From Lama glama (lineage: Eukaryota), in assembly GCA_028534125.1 (NCBI GenBank), contig CM052817.1, forward strand, positions 76,820,001-76,884,000: DNA of 64,000 nucleotides, read 5' to 3'. Shown here piece by piece: positions 52,501 to 64,000 of this stretch (positions are counted from its first letter, which is position 1; every line of letters starts with the position of its first letter). Made by a program: the position numbers and the translations under genes. The notes under the pieces are model-generated. The model ran no database searches, was not told the DNA's origin, and saw only the letters and a program-made list of their open reading frames with translations.

Positions 52501-53047
52501 AAAGTCCCGAGAGGCCCCTGCCCCTCCAACAAATGCTTTAAGATTAGCAAATGAATCTCCTCCACATGTGATCTAGGTTCTTTGCAAACAGTTGCTTTTG
52601 AATTGGGTCCTGGGGTCAATGAGTCTGTGCATGCACACTTTAAGAGCAAAATCTCAGTTCCCCACAGTCCTGTGAATCTCCAGGACATAAGTAAGCCTCA
52701 TTGGCCTTAAAAGCCAGGCATTTTAGGGGCTTGTCTCTCCGGTGTAGGTCTCCAAGGTTGGGGTGCCTGATGTCGGGCACAAACCTCTCACTCCTGAAGG
52801 AAAAGTGCCATTTTCGTGGGCTAGCTCCCAACTGTGAGTTACTGCAGTGGGGAGAGGGGGTGGTGATACTCCGTCCCTGTCTCTCCTACCCATCTCAGTG
52901 TGCCTCTTTTATCCTGTTGTGGAGGAACTGTTCAGCTGATTTCAGGTCTTTTTCAGAAGGAATTGTTCCATATGTAGCTGTGGACTTGGTGTGTCTGTGG
53001 AAGAAGGTGAGTCAGAATCTTCTGATGCTGCCATCTTGAATCGCCGC
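49561..53047 (-). mobile_element. L1 retaining 5' UTR and 3' end but with large internal deletions
   Basis: 3' UTR from 49561; ORF2 pieces ([34 protein letters not shown] from the EN domain); 5' UTR about 52300-53047, starting on the minus strand with ttcaagatggc (YY1-type motif). Confidence 0.85.
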
Positions 53048-53142
53048 CAAGTGGCTCAGCGCCTCACACTTCATCTGGCTTGCAGAAAGTTGCAGCTGGT
53101 GCTGAGAGCTCCTTCTGTGCTAGCCAGTTATTTGTTGCTTTT

Positions 53143-54080
53143 TGGTTTTGTTTTGTGGTTTGTTTTTTTTTGCGGGGTATAGTTGATTACAGTATTATAT
53201 AAGCTACAGGTATATTTTTCATATTTTTAATTTCATAATTTTTAAAGTTTATTAAACTCCATTTATAGTTATTATGAAATATTGGCTATATTTCCTGCGT
53301 TGTACAGTATATCCTTGCAGCTTATTTTATACATAATAGTTTGTACCTCCTAGTCTCCTACCCCTTCCTTCTTTTCACTGGTAACCGCTAGTTTGTTCTC
53401 TATACCTGTGAGTCTGCTTCTTTTTTGTTTTATTCACTAGTTTGTTGTATTTTTTAGATTCCACAGGTAAGTCATATCATATAGTATTTGTCCGTCTCTG
53501 ACTTATTTCACTCAGCTTAATACCCTTCAAGCCCATCCATGTTGTTACAAATGGTAAAATTTTGTTCTTTTTTATGGCTGAGTTATTACTCCATTGTATA
53601 TATGTGTATATATACCACATCCTCCTTATCCATTCATTTGTTGATGGGCACTTAGGTTTCTTCCATATCTTGGCAACTGTAAATAATGCTGCTATGAAAA
53701 CTGGGGGTGTGTGTATCTTGTTGAATAAATGTTTTTGGTTTCTTCAGGTATATACCTAAGAGTAGAATTGCTAGGTCATATGGTAGTTCTATTTTTAGTT
53801 TTCTGAAGAACCTCTATTCCACAGCGGCTGGACCAATTTACATTCCCACTAACAGCGTACAAGGGTTCCCTTTTCTCCACATCCTCGCCAACATTTATTA
53901 TTTGTGTTCTTTTAAATGACAGCCTTTCTGACAGGTGTGAGGTGATACTTCATTGTGGTTTCAATTTGCACTTCCCTGATGATTAGTGATGCTGAGCATC
54001 TTTTCATATACCTGTTGGCCATCTGCATTTCCTCTTTGGAAAAATGTCTGTTCAGGTCTTCTGCCCATTTTTTAATCAGG
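53143..54080 (-). mobile_element. 5'-truncated L1 (ORF2 C-terminus plus 3' UTR)
   Basis: Antisense L1 3' sequence; degenerate TSD ttatttgttgctttt / ctgttcgttgctttt. Confidence 0.9.
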
Positions 54081-54754
54081 CTGTTCGTTGCTTTTAAACA
54101 GACTTAGATCCAGAGGCAAGGGGTGTATGGTCTCATTATTCCCTGCCCCCCAGAGGATGAACTGTGCTAATAAAGTGAAAAAAAAAGCCTCTTTGCTTTA
54201 TCCTCATTAAACTATTGTTTCTTTACTTACTGTTGTGTGTTACAATTTATTAACTAGGAATTATAACTCATAGTAAGTTAACTCTTCTTTCTCCACTCAA
54301 TTTGCCAGATAAAATAGTTGCATAAAGTTATAATGCAGTCTACTGGCTTCATGAGAATAAAAGATATGAAACAATTTCCTGCAGCTTTGAACATCAGAAG
54401 AATTTAACAGCTTTTGTGAATATAGTACTGGTGCTCATTTTTAAGTCAGGGGCAATTGTATAAATCATGTACAGCACAGTGTACCTGTCTTTAGAAAGCT
54501 GTTTACTGTCATGTATATTTATTAGTTTTCCATGGTTTCAAGCAGTATGTTTTCTTTGCCCTCTCCTAATTTTTTTTTTTTTGGCATGTGCACACAAATT
54601 CTTATCCCAAAGCCTCTCTAGTTCATCATAAAACACAGTCTTTGGGGATAATTATTTTTCCCACATACATCCTTGTGCAGTTGCTTTAGATAGTACTTTA
54701 AATGAACTGGATCTTTTCCTGTCCATAGATGTGTACAATTTTCCTTTTGCCAGT

Positions 54755-55269
54755 TGTTAAGAATTGGGAAGGGTCTGAGATTTCATCCTATTTGTGAGCC
54801 AAAAAGTCAGCCTGCCACAGTTTCATGGATGCTGACAGAAAGGACAAGAGTCCTGAGTCAAAGAGAAAGTATTTTATCACTCACAGCAATAGCAGTAGCC
54901 TGAGTATTCACATTTGAGCTTCTTCTCCAAGTCCCAGCTGCTGCAGGGTGATGTGAAGAGGTCTGAATGATTGATACCCACACATGCAGTGGGTTGCATC
55001 ATGGAGGAACCCTAATGTTGGAGAACCCGAATCTTTCATAATGGGCAGTAATCCTACATGACCTTTGCCCTGGAGGTAGACATGGTCTTGTTTATACTGG
55101 GAAGTAAGCAAACTTGCCCTTTTCTCTGAAAGAAGATGCTAACTCTATCTTGCAAGGCTGTCTGCTCAAAAACATCCTTAAAAAGACAGTTCCAAGCAAA
55201 GGCAGTCAGTGCCTCTGCTCACAAGACAGGCAGGAATGCCAGAATACCATGGAGAATTGTTTTCCAACA
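54755..55269 (-). mobile_element. ERV1-class solo LTR (MER89/MER90-like)
   Basis: TGTT...AACA termini; gcctgccacagtttcatggatgctg, cactcacagcaatagcagtagcc, ccatggagaattg...ccaaca. Confidence 0.78.
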
Positions 55270-55454
55270 CCACCCAAGCTTTTCTCCATGGACTTGTGTT
55301 ACATTTTATTAATGTTTTCAATACATGCTTTTAAAGTTAATTTGGATTTAGTGCTATGAACATAAAATCCCCAAATCACATGGCCCTCTTGCAAAGGAAT
55401 ATCCCATACTCCTTTTTCTAACTGAATCAAAATTCAGTTTTTAACTTCTGCTCA

Positions 55455-55640
55455 ATTTACTTAAACTTTGTGTGCCTCAGTTTCCTGATCTGTATAATGA
55501 ATTAAATAATAAATAGTACCTACTTGTTGAATGAATAAGTGAGATAATCCACAACAGTGAGGTTAAATGAGATGGTCCATCCTTAGTACAGAGCCTAGTA
55601 AACACTGAGTGTCCATTGCCCAGATATGTTAGCATTAATT
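55455..55640 (+). mobile_element. MIR
   Basis: tgtgcctcagtttcctgatctgtataatg...aatagtacctac...aggttaaatgagat. Confidence 0.7.
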
Positions 55641-55801
55641 AGAACTGGCTATAAGTACAGTTTGATGAGAGGTACTGAAGGTACCACCTTCACTAAACTG
55701 ACACCATTAGACCCAATTCCAAATATACCTTGGGAGGGCTCACTTGCCTTTTGTTGCTGTAGAAGCATTTGTCGGGAATGGGCAGAGATAAAAGGAAGTA
55801 A

Positions 55802-56512
55802 GTTTGTTTGTTTGTTTTCCCTGTGATATATATATTTTTTTTACCTTTTTAAATTGAAGTATAGTCAGTTTACAATGTTGTGTCAATTTCTGGTGTATAG
55901 CACAATGCTTCAGTCATACGTGAATATACACATATTCATTTTCGTATTTTTTTTCACTGCAAGCTACTACGAGATATCAAATACAGTACCTTGTGCTATA
56001 CAGTATAAACTTGTTTATCTTATATATGCCAGTCAGTATCTGCAAATCTCGAACTCCCAATTTATCCCTTCCCACACCCTTCCCCGCTAGTAACCATAAG
56101 TTTGTTTTCTATGTCTGTGAGTCTGTTTCTGTTTTAAATAAGTTCATTTATCTTTGTTGTTGTTTTAGATTCCACATATGAGTGGTATCATATGGTATTT
56201 TTCTTTCTCTTTCTGGCTTACTTCACTTGGAGTGACCCATCCATGTTGCTGCAAATGGCATTATTTTATTCTTTTTTGTGTCTGAGAAGTATTCCATTGT
56301 ATTAATATACCACAACTTCTTTATCCAGTCATCTGTTGATGGACATTTAGGTTGTTTCCATGTCTTGGCTATTGTAAATAGTGCTGCTATAAACATTGGG
56401 GTGCAGATGCCTTTTTGAATTAAGGTTGCCTCTGGATATATGCCCAGGAGTGGGATTGCTGGATCATATGGTAAGTCTATTTTTAGTCTTCTGAGGAATC
56501 TCCATACTGTTT
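55802..56512 (-). mobile_element. 5'-truncated L1 3' end with an 11-bp TSD
   Basis: TSD aaaggaagtaa at 55791-55801 and 56513-56523; body attgaagtatagtcagtttacaatgttgtg...ctgaggaatctccatactgtt. Confidence 0.92.
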
Positions 56513-56544
56513 AAAGGAAGTAACATTTTTGAAGGCCTGTTTTG

Positions 56545-56730
56545 GGTTTTACGTTGATCATTTGATCTAGTGCTTCTATGTATTATTTCGGTCATTCTTC
56601 ATAGCATTCTCAGAAAGAAGGCATCACTTTACAAAAGAGGAGACTGAGACCCAGACATTACTAACATGGTACAGCTTGTAAATGGAACAGGAGTCAAACC
56701 CTGTCTGATTCTGTGCCTTTTTAATTTCTA
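56545..56730 (-). mobile_element. MIR
   Basis: catcactttacaaaagaggagactgagacccagac...cagcttgtaaatgg. Confidence 0.55.
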
Positions 56731-57024
56731 ACCATTCAATCTTTCTTTTCCCTCAACTATCTCCCTATCTTTTGGGACAATAATATATACAACCTGCTAG
56801 ATCTGAGCCATACTTGTCCCCAGATGCCACTTTTTGTAGCACAGCCTATTGCTAGATCCATAGCTCAATCAGCATGGTTTTTCTCACTCTTTTTGAATAC
56901 AATTCCTGGTTTTGGTGATTTTCAGCTCTTTCTTAGGAACCTTAATGACAGTGTGAGATCTCTGAGAAATGCAAGCATACAACTCCTGTAGTATGTTTGG
57001 GGTTTTTTGTTTGTTTTAATACAC

Positions 57025-57364
57025 TTTATTTTTTTTAATTGAAGTATAGTCAGTTTACAATGTTGTGTCAATTTCTGCTGTACAGCATAATAGTTCAGTC
57101 ATACATATACATACATATATTCATTTTCATATTTTTTTCATTATAGGTTACTACAAGGTATTGAATATAGTTCCCTGTGCTGTACAGTATAAACTTGTTG
57201 TTTATCTATTTTATATATAATAGTTAGTATCTGCAAATCATGAACTCCCAGTGTATCCCTTCCCACCCCCTTTCCTTCCTGGTAACCAACCATAAGTTTG
57301 TTCTCTATATCTGTGAGTCTGCTTCTGTTTTGTAAATAAGTTCATTTGTCTTTGTTTTTTTTTT
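57025..57364 (-). mobile_element. L1 3' UTR fragment
   Basis: Same 3'-UTR type as the copy at 55850-56170. Confidence 0.9.
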
Positions 57365-57887
57365 AAAGAGCCAATACATTAAACAGACATTATAAAAGTA
57401 AATTAAAATAACCCTGCAATAACAATAAAACCCTCATTCAGGTAAATCATACAAACTCACTTGTAACTTTAAAAGACAGACTCTTAATGCTACACTGAAA
57501 CAAAGGTGAAAACATGCCTTTTTAACAGTTCCATAGGAATTTTCTTTCTTAGCAACTCTGCACAGAAAATCAATTGTACATCTTTTAGAGCAACTCATAG
57601 AAAAATCAGGCTGGGGAAAGTAATGATTGCTTCTTAACCATGGAATAAAATTAGCTATAGATTTGCAGCAGAATTAAGATTCTATATTTTCTGAAATGTT
57701 CACTGACAGTAGTGGACCATATCAGAAGTCTTCAGAAATAATGCTCCTAGCTCTCTCAGAAATTCATCCCATCAAGAAAACCCCAAAGTAAAAATTTTTT
57801 AAAGTCTGATAGAAGAGTTTAGACAACAGTCCCAGAACTGCCTGAAGGCATTTAGAATTCACGTATATAATCTTAAAGAGATATGGA

Positions 57888-58914
57888 TATACAATGGAAT
57901 AAAGACAGTCTCTTCAGCAAATGGTGTTGGGAAAACTGGACAGCAGCATGTAAAACAATGAAGCTAGAACACACCCTTACACCATATACAAAAATCAACT
58001 CAAAATGGATTAAAGACTTAAACATAAGACAAGATACAATAAACCTCCTAGAGGAAAACATAGGCAAAACATTATCTGACATACANNNNNNNNNNNNNNN
58101 NNNNNNNNNNNNNNNNNNNNNNNNNNNNNNNNNNNNNNNNNNNNNNNNNNNNNNNNNNNNNNNNNNNNNNNNNNNNNNNNNNNNNNNNNNNNNNNNNNNN
58201 NNNNNNNNNNNNNNNNNNNNNNNNNNNNNNNNNNNNNNNNNNNNNNNNNNNNNNNNNNNNNNNNNNNNNNNNNNNNNNNNNNNNNNNNNNNNNNNNNNNN
58301 NNNNNNNNNNNNNNNNNNNNNNNNNNNNNNNNNNNNNNNNNNNNNNNNNNNNNNNNNNNNNNNNNNNNNNNNNNNNNNNNNNNNNNNNNNNNNNNNNNNN
58401 NNNNNNNNNNNNNNNNNNNNNNNNNNNNNNNNNNNNNNNNNNNNNNNNNNNNNNNNNNNNNNNNNNNNNNNNNNNNNNNNNNNNNNNNNNNNNNNNNNNN
58501 NNNNNNNNNNNNNNNNNNNNNNNNNNNNNNNNNNNNNNNNNNNNNNNNNNNNNNNNNNNNNNNNNNNNNNNNNNNNNNNNNNNNNAACATAATGCCATTT
58601 GCAGCAACATGGATGATCCTAGAGAATGTCATTCTAAGTGAAGTAAGCCAGAAAGAGAAAGAAAAATACCATATGAGATCGCTCATATGTGGAATCTAAA
58701 AAACAAAAACAAACAAAAACAAAGCATAAATACAGGACAGAAATAGACTCATGGACAGAGAATACAGACTTGTGGTTACCGGGGGTGGGGGGGATAGAGG
58801 GTGGGAAGGGATAGACTGGGATTTCAAAATTGTAGAATAGATAAACAAGATTACACTGTATAGCACAGGGAAATATACACAAAATGTTATGATAAATCAC
58901 AGAGAAAGAAAAAC
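57888..58914 (+). mobile_element. Young 5'-truncated L1 spanning the gap, with a perfect 13-bp TSD
   Basis: TSD aaagagatatgga at 57875-57887 and 58915-58927; uninterrupted ORF2 frame [45 protein letters not shown]. Confidence 0.93.
58086..58585. other. Assembly gap (500 N) inside a young L1
   Basis: Run of N with L1 ORF2 sequence on both sides. Confidence 1.
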
Positions 58915-59079
58915 AAAGAGATATGGAAGGGGAAAAGTACTAATAGAAAATGTTCTGGTGCTGTAATTGAAAGTAATCAGACAGTCCCTGAAAATAATAA
59001 ACTGATGTTATAACAGTATTGGAAAACCAATCAACCAACACAATATATGGAGATAAATGAGTTTTAAAAAAAAATAGCA

Positions 59080-59187
59080 GGGTGAAAGGAATAGCAGGGT
59101 AGAGCACGTGCTTTTAGCATGCAGGAGGTCCTAGGTTCAATCCCCAGTACCTTCATTAAAAATAAAAATTAATTAAAAAAAAAAAAA
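59080..59187 (+). mobile_element. tRNA-Ala-derived SINE (Vic-1-like) with a degenerate 5' end
   Basis: ggtagagcacgtgcttttagcatgcaggaggtcctaggttcaatccccagtacc plus A tail. Confidence 0.85.
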
Positions 59188-60669
59188 CCTTGCAGTCTTT
59201 TGTTGATAATGTTGTTGAATCCAGCTCCTACCCTTGCTCACAATGAGCACTCTTGTTTTTATTAACAACTTCATACATGGTCCCCGCTTGGATTTTTTTG
59301 CTCTGCCCCCTTTAAAATAAACTTTTTAGAGGAAAAAAACAACAGATATATAACATGGCCTCATGAGAAAACCAGAACACACAAAGTCATGAAATGAAAT
59401 TTCACTCTGTCAACCTGTTCAGCTTTCCCTAGGAGTTCAATTACTGTATTGGCTTTTCTCTGTTCCACTGAGCATTTCCTGAGAGCATCAGCTATTATGG
59501 ACTAGCTAGATATTTGGCCATATTGTTACTTTGCATTTATCTGAAATCTTTTCAAGGATTTCAGCAGAGATTTTTATTCTGTTCCATGCCACTACCATTT
59601 GGAGGAAAGTTTTATTTTACTTGAATGAGATAGTAAGTTGGCACTTCATTTTCTCGGGAACATGCTCCTCCTCCAACGTGGCTATTTCCAAACATTTCTG
59701 TGACTTCCTCATAACTTTATACCCATAACTCCCATAACTCCTCTGTCCCTTTCATACAATGTACTTAATATTTCAACTTAATAAATCAAGTCTTATTCCA
59801 AGAGCTTATTTAAACTATCTGGGCTGTTTTCAGTTATGAGTAGTTGAAGAAATTTCTCTTTACATTGAGTTATGAAGTTAAGACTGATATTCAAACAATA
59901 TAATAAAATCTTATCAAAGTTTCCTTTGATTCATTGATGTGATCCAGATTCTCACATGTGCATCCCCCTAGAAACCCTCACTTTAGGAGATTTTTTTCAG
60001 TACCCTAATCTTAAAATTTAGTCATTCAGACACCACCCACCGGCCCTCTGACACTCTCTTCCTGATTGAAAGAGGCATTTATGTATATGAGTCACCTCCT
60101 GCCAGCTTCACGGGAATTACATAAAAGCAATCTGCCTACCAGCTCAGCCTAAGGACAGAAAATCACATGCAGTGTCAACGTGAAAGCCATTGTTGCTTGT
60201 GGAAAATCACAATAGAGCACTTTTAAGACCTTAACTCTCAGGATATCAATCTTTAATCTATATAGTCTATACTACGAATGAGTGAACTTTTAACTGCTAT
60301 ACTTTTGTCAGTTTGGTCTAAGCTTCTTCAACCTTAAATGCTTTTTTGTGATACATAAATGACAGGCTAATTCATACTCAAGAAAAATTACATACATAAA
60401 CACACACACACAGAAAAAGAACATATGAATACAAGGAGAGAATACAGATCAATAAATAAACATACAAACAAAACACATTATCTTTCCACAGCATTACAAA
60501 AATATTAGTATGGAAAGATTTAAAAGACATAGTTTGTGACAAGAAAGTCTGTTTCATAGTCTTAAAAAAATTGAAAGACTTGTCTGTATAAGATGTTACA
60601 CTTGGAAAGTATATTAGTCATGATATTTTTAGTTTTCTTGTTTCTAGACAAGACAGCTTATACCATATG

Positions 60670-60870
60670 GATATATGGGTTTAAATCCCCCATCCTGCCT
60701 CTTATTTACTATGCGGATTTAAGCAAGTCGCTTAACAACGTATCTGAGCTTCACGTTCCTTAAATGTAAAGTGGCAGTAACAGTGCTTACCCTGACTATC
60801 TTGAGTTGTTGTAAAGATCAGATGAGATGATATGTGAAAGATTTTTTGAGAATTATAAGCTATAATATGA
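60670..60870 (+). mobile_element. MIR
   Basis: gggtttaaatccc...aagcaagtcgcttaac...tgtaaagtgg...gttgttgtaaagatcagatgagatga. Confidence 0.7.
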
Positions 60871-62120
60871 AGGTAAAGTTACATTCTTTTTATCTCAAAG
60901 TCAGAATTGCAGCACTCTAGTATCCTCAGTCATCATTCTCTTGCTGGCACAAAATATAGTGCTCCGTGGAAGCACATGTGCACGCATGGAGTGCCAGGTC
61001 TCTCCTTTCTGTTGGCTCCTCTGTAGTTCTTACCTTTTCTCAGGGGTGGCTGTAGGACCCCTGAGCTGGCTGCAGTTGTGAAGGTCACTAGAAAGGCTGG
61101 GAAAGTCATAACTCTTTCTAGCTGATAGAGAATCCCAGAAGGTCCCATGTGTTCCATATACTCTTCCTTTCTTTTTCATCAGCCCCTCACCCACACATTC
61201 ACAAGTTCATGGAACCTCAAAGAAAATCCCATTGAGGTTGTCCAGACACCCTGCCATGATATCTCAGAGTGGTAAGATTTCTCTCAGCCATGAGAAGCCG
61301 TAATCAGGTCCAGACTATCCTAGGAATTCAGTATGTAACACAGATCACCACTACCTATTAGAACTGGAGCTCTGGCTGCCAACCCAGACCTTCTCCGGTG
61401 TTCATACTTGGACTGTTCGGGTGGGGTTGGGGGTAAGGGGTTGAAGGTATCTCTGAAAAGCATAAATCACTGCACTGAGCATGACTGCTTTTTAAAGATT
61501 CTTTTCAGTCTGCATATCAGGCTTTCTGTCTATGGTACAAAGGACAGCACACAGATGACGACAGAAGTGTGCACACTTATGGCCAAATTCAGGCTTACCT
61601 CACTTCTCTGAGGAGAGAGAATTCCAAGCTTGAAAGCCTAGATTTTAATGCAAAAGGGAGACAACCTTAACAGTTCTCAACTAGAATAGGCTTCCCCAAG
61701 TACAACCTGTGAGATATTATCACAGGTTATATATATAAGGAAATACATATATATATATATGGAAACTCACCATATCAGGGATGTTAGAGGAAAGTTACAA
61801 CATTACATCACTTTCTTTCTTTGGTTTCAATTTCCACCCTTATTCTGAGTGAAGTTGAAAATAAGTTGAACAGTTGACAATAAAACCTTAGTCACCACTT
61901 GGGTTTTCTATGAAAGTACCAGTCAAATCACAGAAATGACAGGCATCTCCAGTGGTAAAAAAAAAATTTTAACAGAGAATAAAAATAATAGCAATGAGAG
62001 AATTGGAAATAGTATTTTAAATCAGTCCTTATCAAATTAATAACTATTCAGAATTGTGATGAAATCAGATTTTTAGAGCTATCTGCAGTTACTAAAGCCA
62101 TGGTCAAAATAGAATATAGG

Positions 62121-62168
62121 TGTTTTTGTTTTTGTTTTTGTTTTTGTTTTTGTTTTTGTTTTTGTTTT
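62121..62168. repeat. (TGTTTT)8 microsatellite
   Basis: Read directly. Confidence 0.95.
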
Positions 62169-62969
62169 CTAGGCTGGTCCTAAGGCATCTAATTGTGAAG
62201 GGAAAGCAAGCTAACATTCACCGAATACAAAAACTTGAAATCATCCAAGGCTGGGAAAGTATTACTAACAAGCCACTATTTTTTTTCATTAACAAATAAG
62301 TATTATAAAACCTGATGCTGAAGTCTGCTAGAACTATTTCTGACTTTTATCTTAACCATTTATTTGAAACCTGTAACTTTTCGCAATTTTATTCACTCAA
62401 AAGGAAGGAAAAAAGTCAGGAAAGGAAGGAAGTACTTCTCCTTAGTAAATTAATCAGACGTAAGTAATTTTCAGTCTTGTGAACTAATCCCAGCATTAAA
62501 AGAGGCTTTTTTAGTATAAAATAACTCCAGGTCCAAATTCTAGGATTTATGAGGTAGAACAGGTTTATGAGACAATCTGATTGGATCAGCTATGAAAAGA
62601 TAAAATTAAAATAACATAAATGAGTAGAATTATATTTTGCAAATGTAACAAAAATGAATTTTTCTTGGTTTGGTTTGGTTTGGTTTTATCACTTAACTGG
62701 TGATGAAATTTTTCAGATACAGGATAAGACTCCAAAGACATGCCTTTTTTTGTAAGAAACGTCAATCTATAGAGCAAAGTCCAAGGAGTATGAGGGGTTG
62801 GCAGTAATGTGTTTATCCTCCTGTTCAAAGATAGATTCTTCAGTGCCACAGTTTTAAAAATACTGGGTTTGGCAGTCTCTTAAATCTCTTCCAGCTTCAT
62901 ATTCTGTGATTCTACTCTGTGTTTATCATTATTCATGATGCATCCTTAGTTTGGCCACAAGCAAGGGAC

Positions 62970-63195
62970 CCAGCATTTTATTGTGTCATCATGTTCCAGG
63001 CACTGCTCTTTACACATATTTACATCATCCAAAACTTAGACAATCCTATGAGGTAGGTATTGTCACACATTTTTTTTTTCAAAATAAGAAAACTGAGGCT
63101 CAGGAAAGGCACTTGTCAAAGTGAAAAGTTACTCAGAGTACCTTGCAGCTGGGATTCAAGCCCAGGAGTCTTCCTCCAGAAACCACACACTATTA
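62970..63195 (-). mobile_element. MIR
   Basis: caatcctatgaggtaggtattg...gaaaactgaggctcagg...gctgggattcaagcccagg. Confidence 0.78.
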
Positions 63196-63487
63196 TCCTT
63201 CCGAATAGCCTCCCAATTAGAATGTTGTAAGAAAGTCACAGTAAGTTATTCTGGTAGCTTGACTTGGCTTGAAGTCTTTGTCGGATGTTAGGCCGTTTCT
63301 ATTTCTGGTCTCTCTAAGTCAGCTGGCCTTCTCTCTCTTTCCATCTTTAAAGCCTCGATCCTTTTTGCTTTTACTGCTGTTTCAGGGAAGCTGGACTGGT
63401 CCAAATAATTTTTTTCCTTCGATTATAGTTCCTTTTTTGGCTCTAGAATTTCACTTCAGTTTCAGCTCAAATTTCAGTTCAGTAGCA

Positions 63488-63935
63488 TCCACTCATTCAT
63501 TTATTTACTCACCAAGTATTTATGAGTGCCTGCCACACGCCAGGCAGCGGGCAGTCTTCAGTGAATGAACAGGCAAAGCCCTTGCTCTCGTGTTCCTTAT
63601 GCTTGGTGGGAGTAGACAACAATAGATGAGCATGCACATAAAACATACTAGGCACTGACATCGCTGTGGAGAAAGTAACGTAGGACAACGGAAATACGAA
63701 AGCCTGGGCCTCGGGGTGGGGCGGAGTTGTGTTGTTGCCAAGTTTATAAGGATGGTCAGGGGAAGCCTCTCTGATAAAGTAATATTTGCGCAGAGACATA
63801 AAAGAAATGTGAATCAACGATGGGACTATATGGGGAAGAGAAAAGGAACAGCAAGAGGAAAGGCCCAGAAGCAGAAGGAAGCTGGGAGTGTTTCCCTCAC
63901 AATCAGAAAACCTGGACTGGAGGCTGAGAAGAATG
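63488..63935 (-). mobile_element. L2 3' end
   Basis: cactcattcatttatttactcaccaagtatttatgagtgcctgcc...ggtcaggggaagcctctctgataaagtaatatttg. Confidence 0.78.
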
Positions 63936-64000
63936 AGTTGATGCCTGAAATTTCTTGACTCATGGATAAGTCATTCAGGAATCGCATTTTGCTTTAAAAA

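Noticed and set aside
52163..53182. ORFs of 63-112 aa
   Set aside because: Derived from L1 5' UTR and EN-domain sequence.
32108..64000. Next NDST3 coding exon (expected to start ALLDTQN...)
   Set aside because: Not found by eye; probably beyond the window, although a short exon could have been missed.
1..64000. CRISPR array, operon or other novel multi-gene system
   Set aside because: Eukaryotic intronic and repeat DNA; no regularly spaced repeat-spacer array and no unexplained long ORFs.

Overview
Mammalian genomic DNA, most likely camelid (five copies of a tRNA-Ala-derived SINE resembling camelid Vic-1), from a draft assembly with three 500-N placeholder gaps. The only protein-coding sequence I can support is the large first coding exon of NDST3 (heparan sulfate N-deacetylase/N-sulfotransferase 3) on the + strand: acceptor AG at 30883-30884, ATG at 31043, GT donor at 32024, 327 codons. 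The rest is intron or upstream DNA dense with L1, L2, MIR, MaLR/ERVL/ERV1 LTRs, two decayed ERVL pol relics, hAT DNA-transposon remnants and microsatellites. I see no evidence for a new multi-gene system. The best second-look items are the NDST3 leader (two uORFs plus an in-frame upstream AUG), an apparent gained N-glycosylation sequon, a possible intronic-polyadenylation isoform and several unusual retroelement structures. Repeat subfamily names and comparisons with human proteins are from memory and need Dfam/BLAST confirmation; repeat boundaries are approximate unless a TSD is given.
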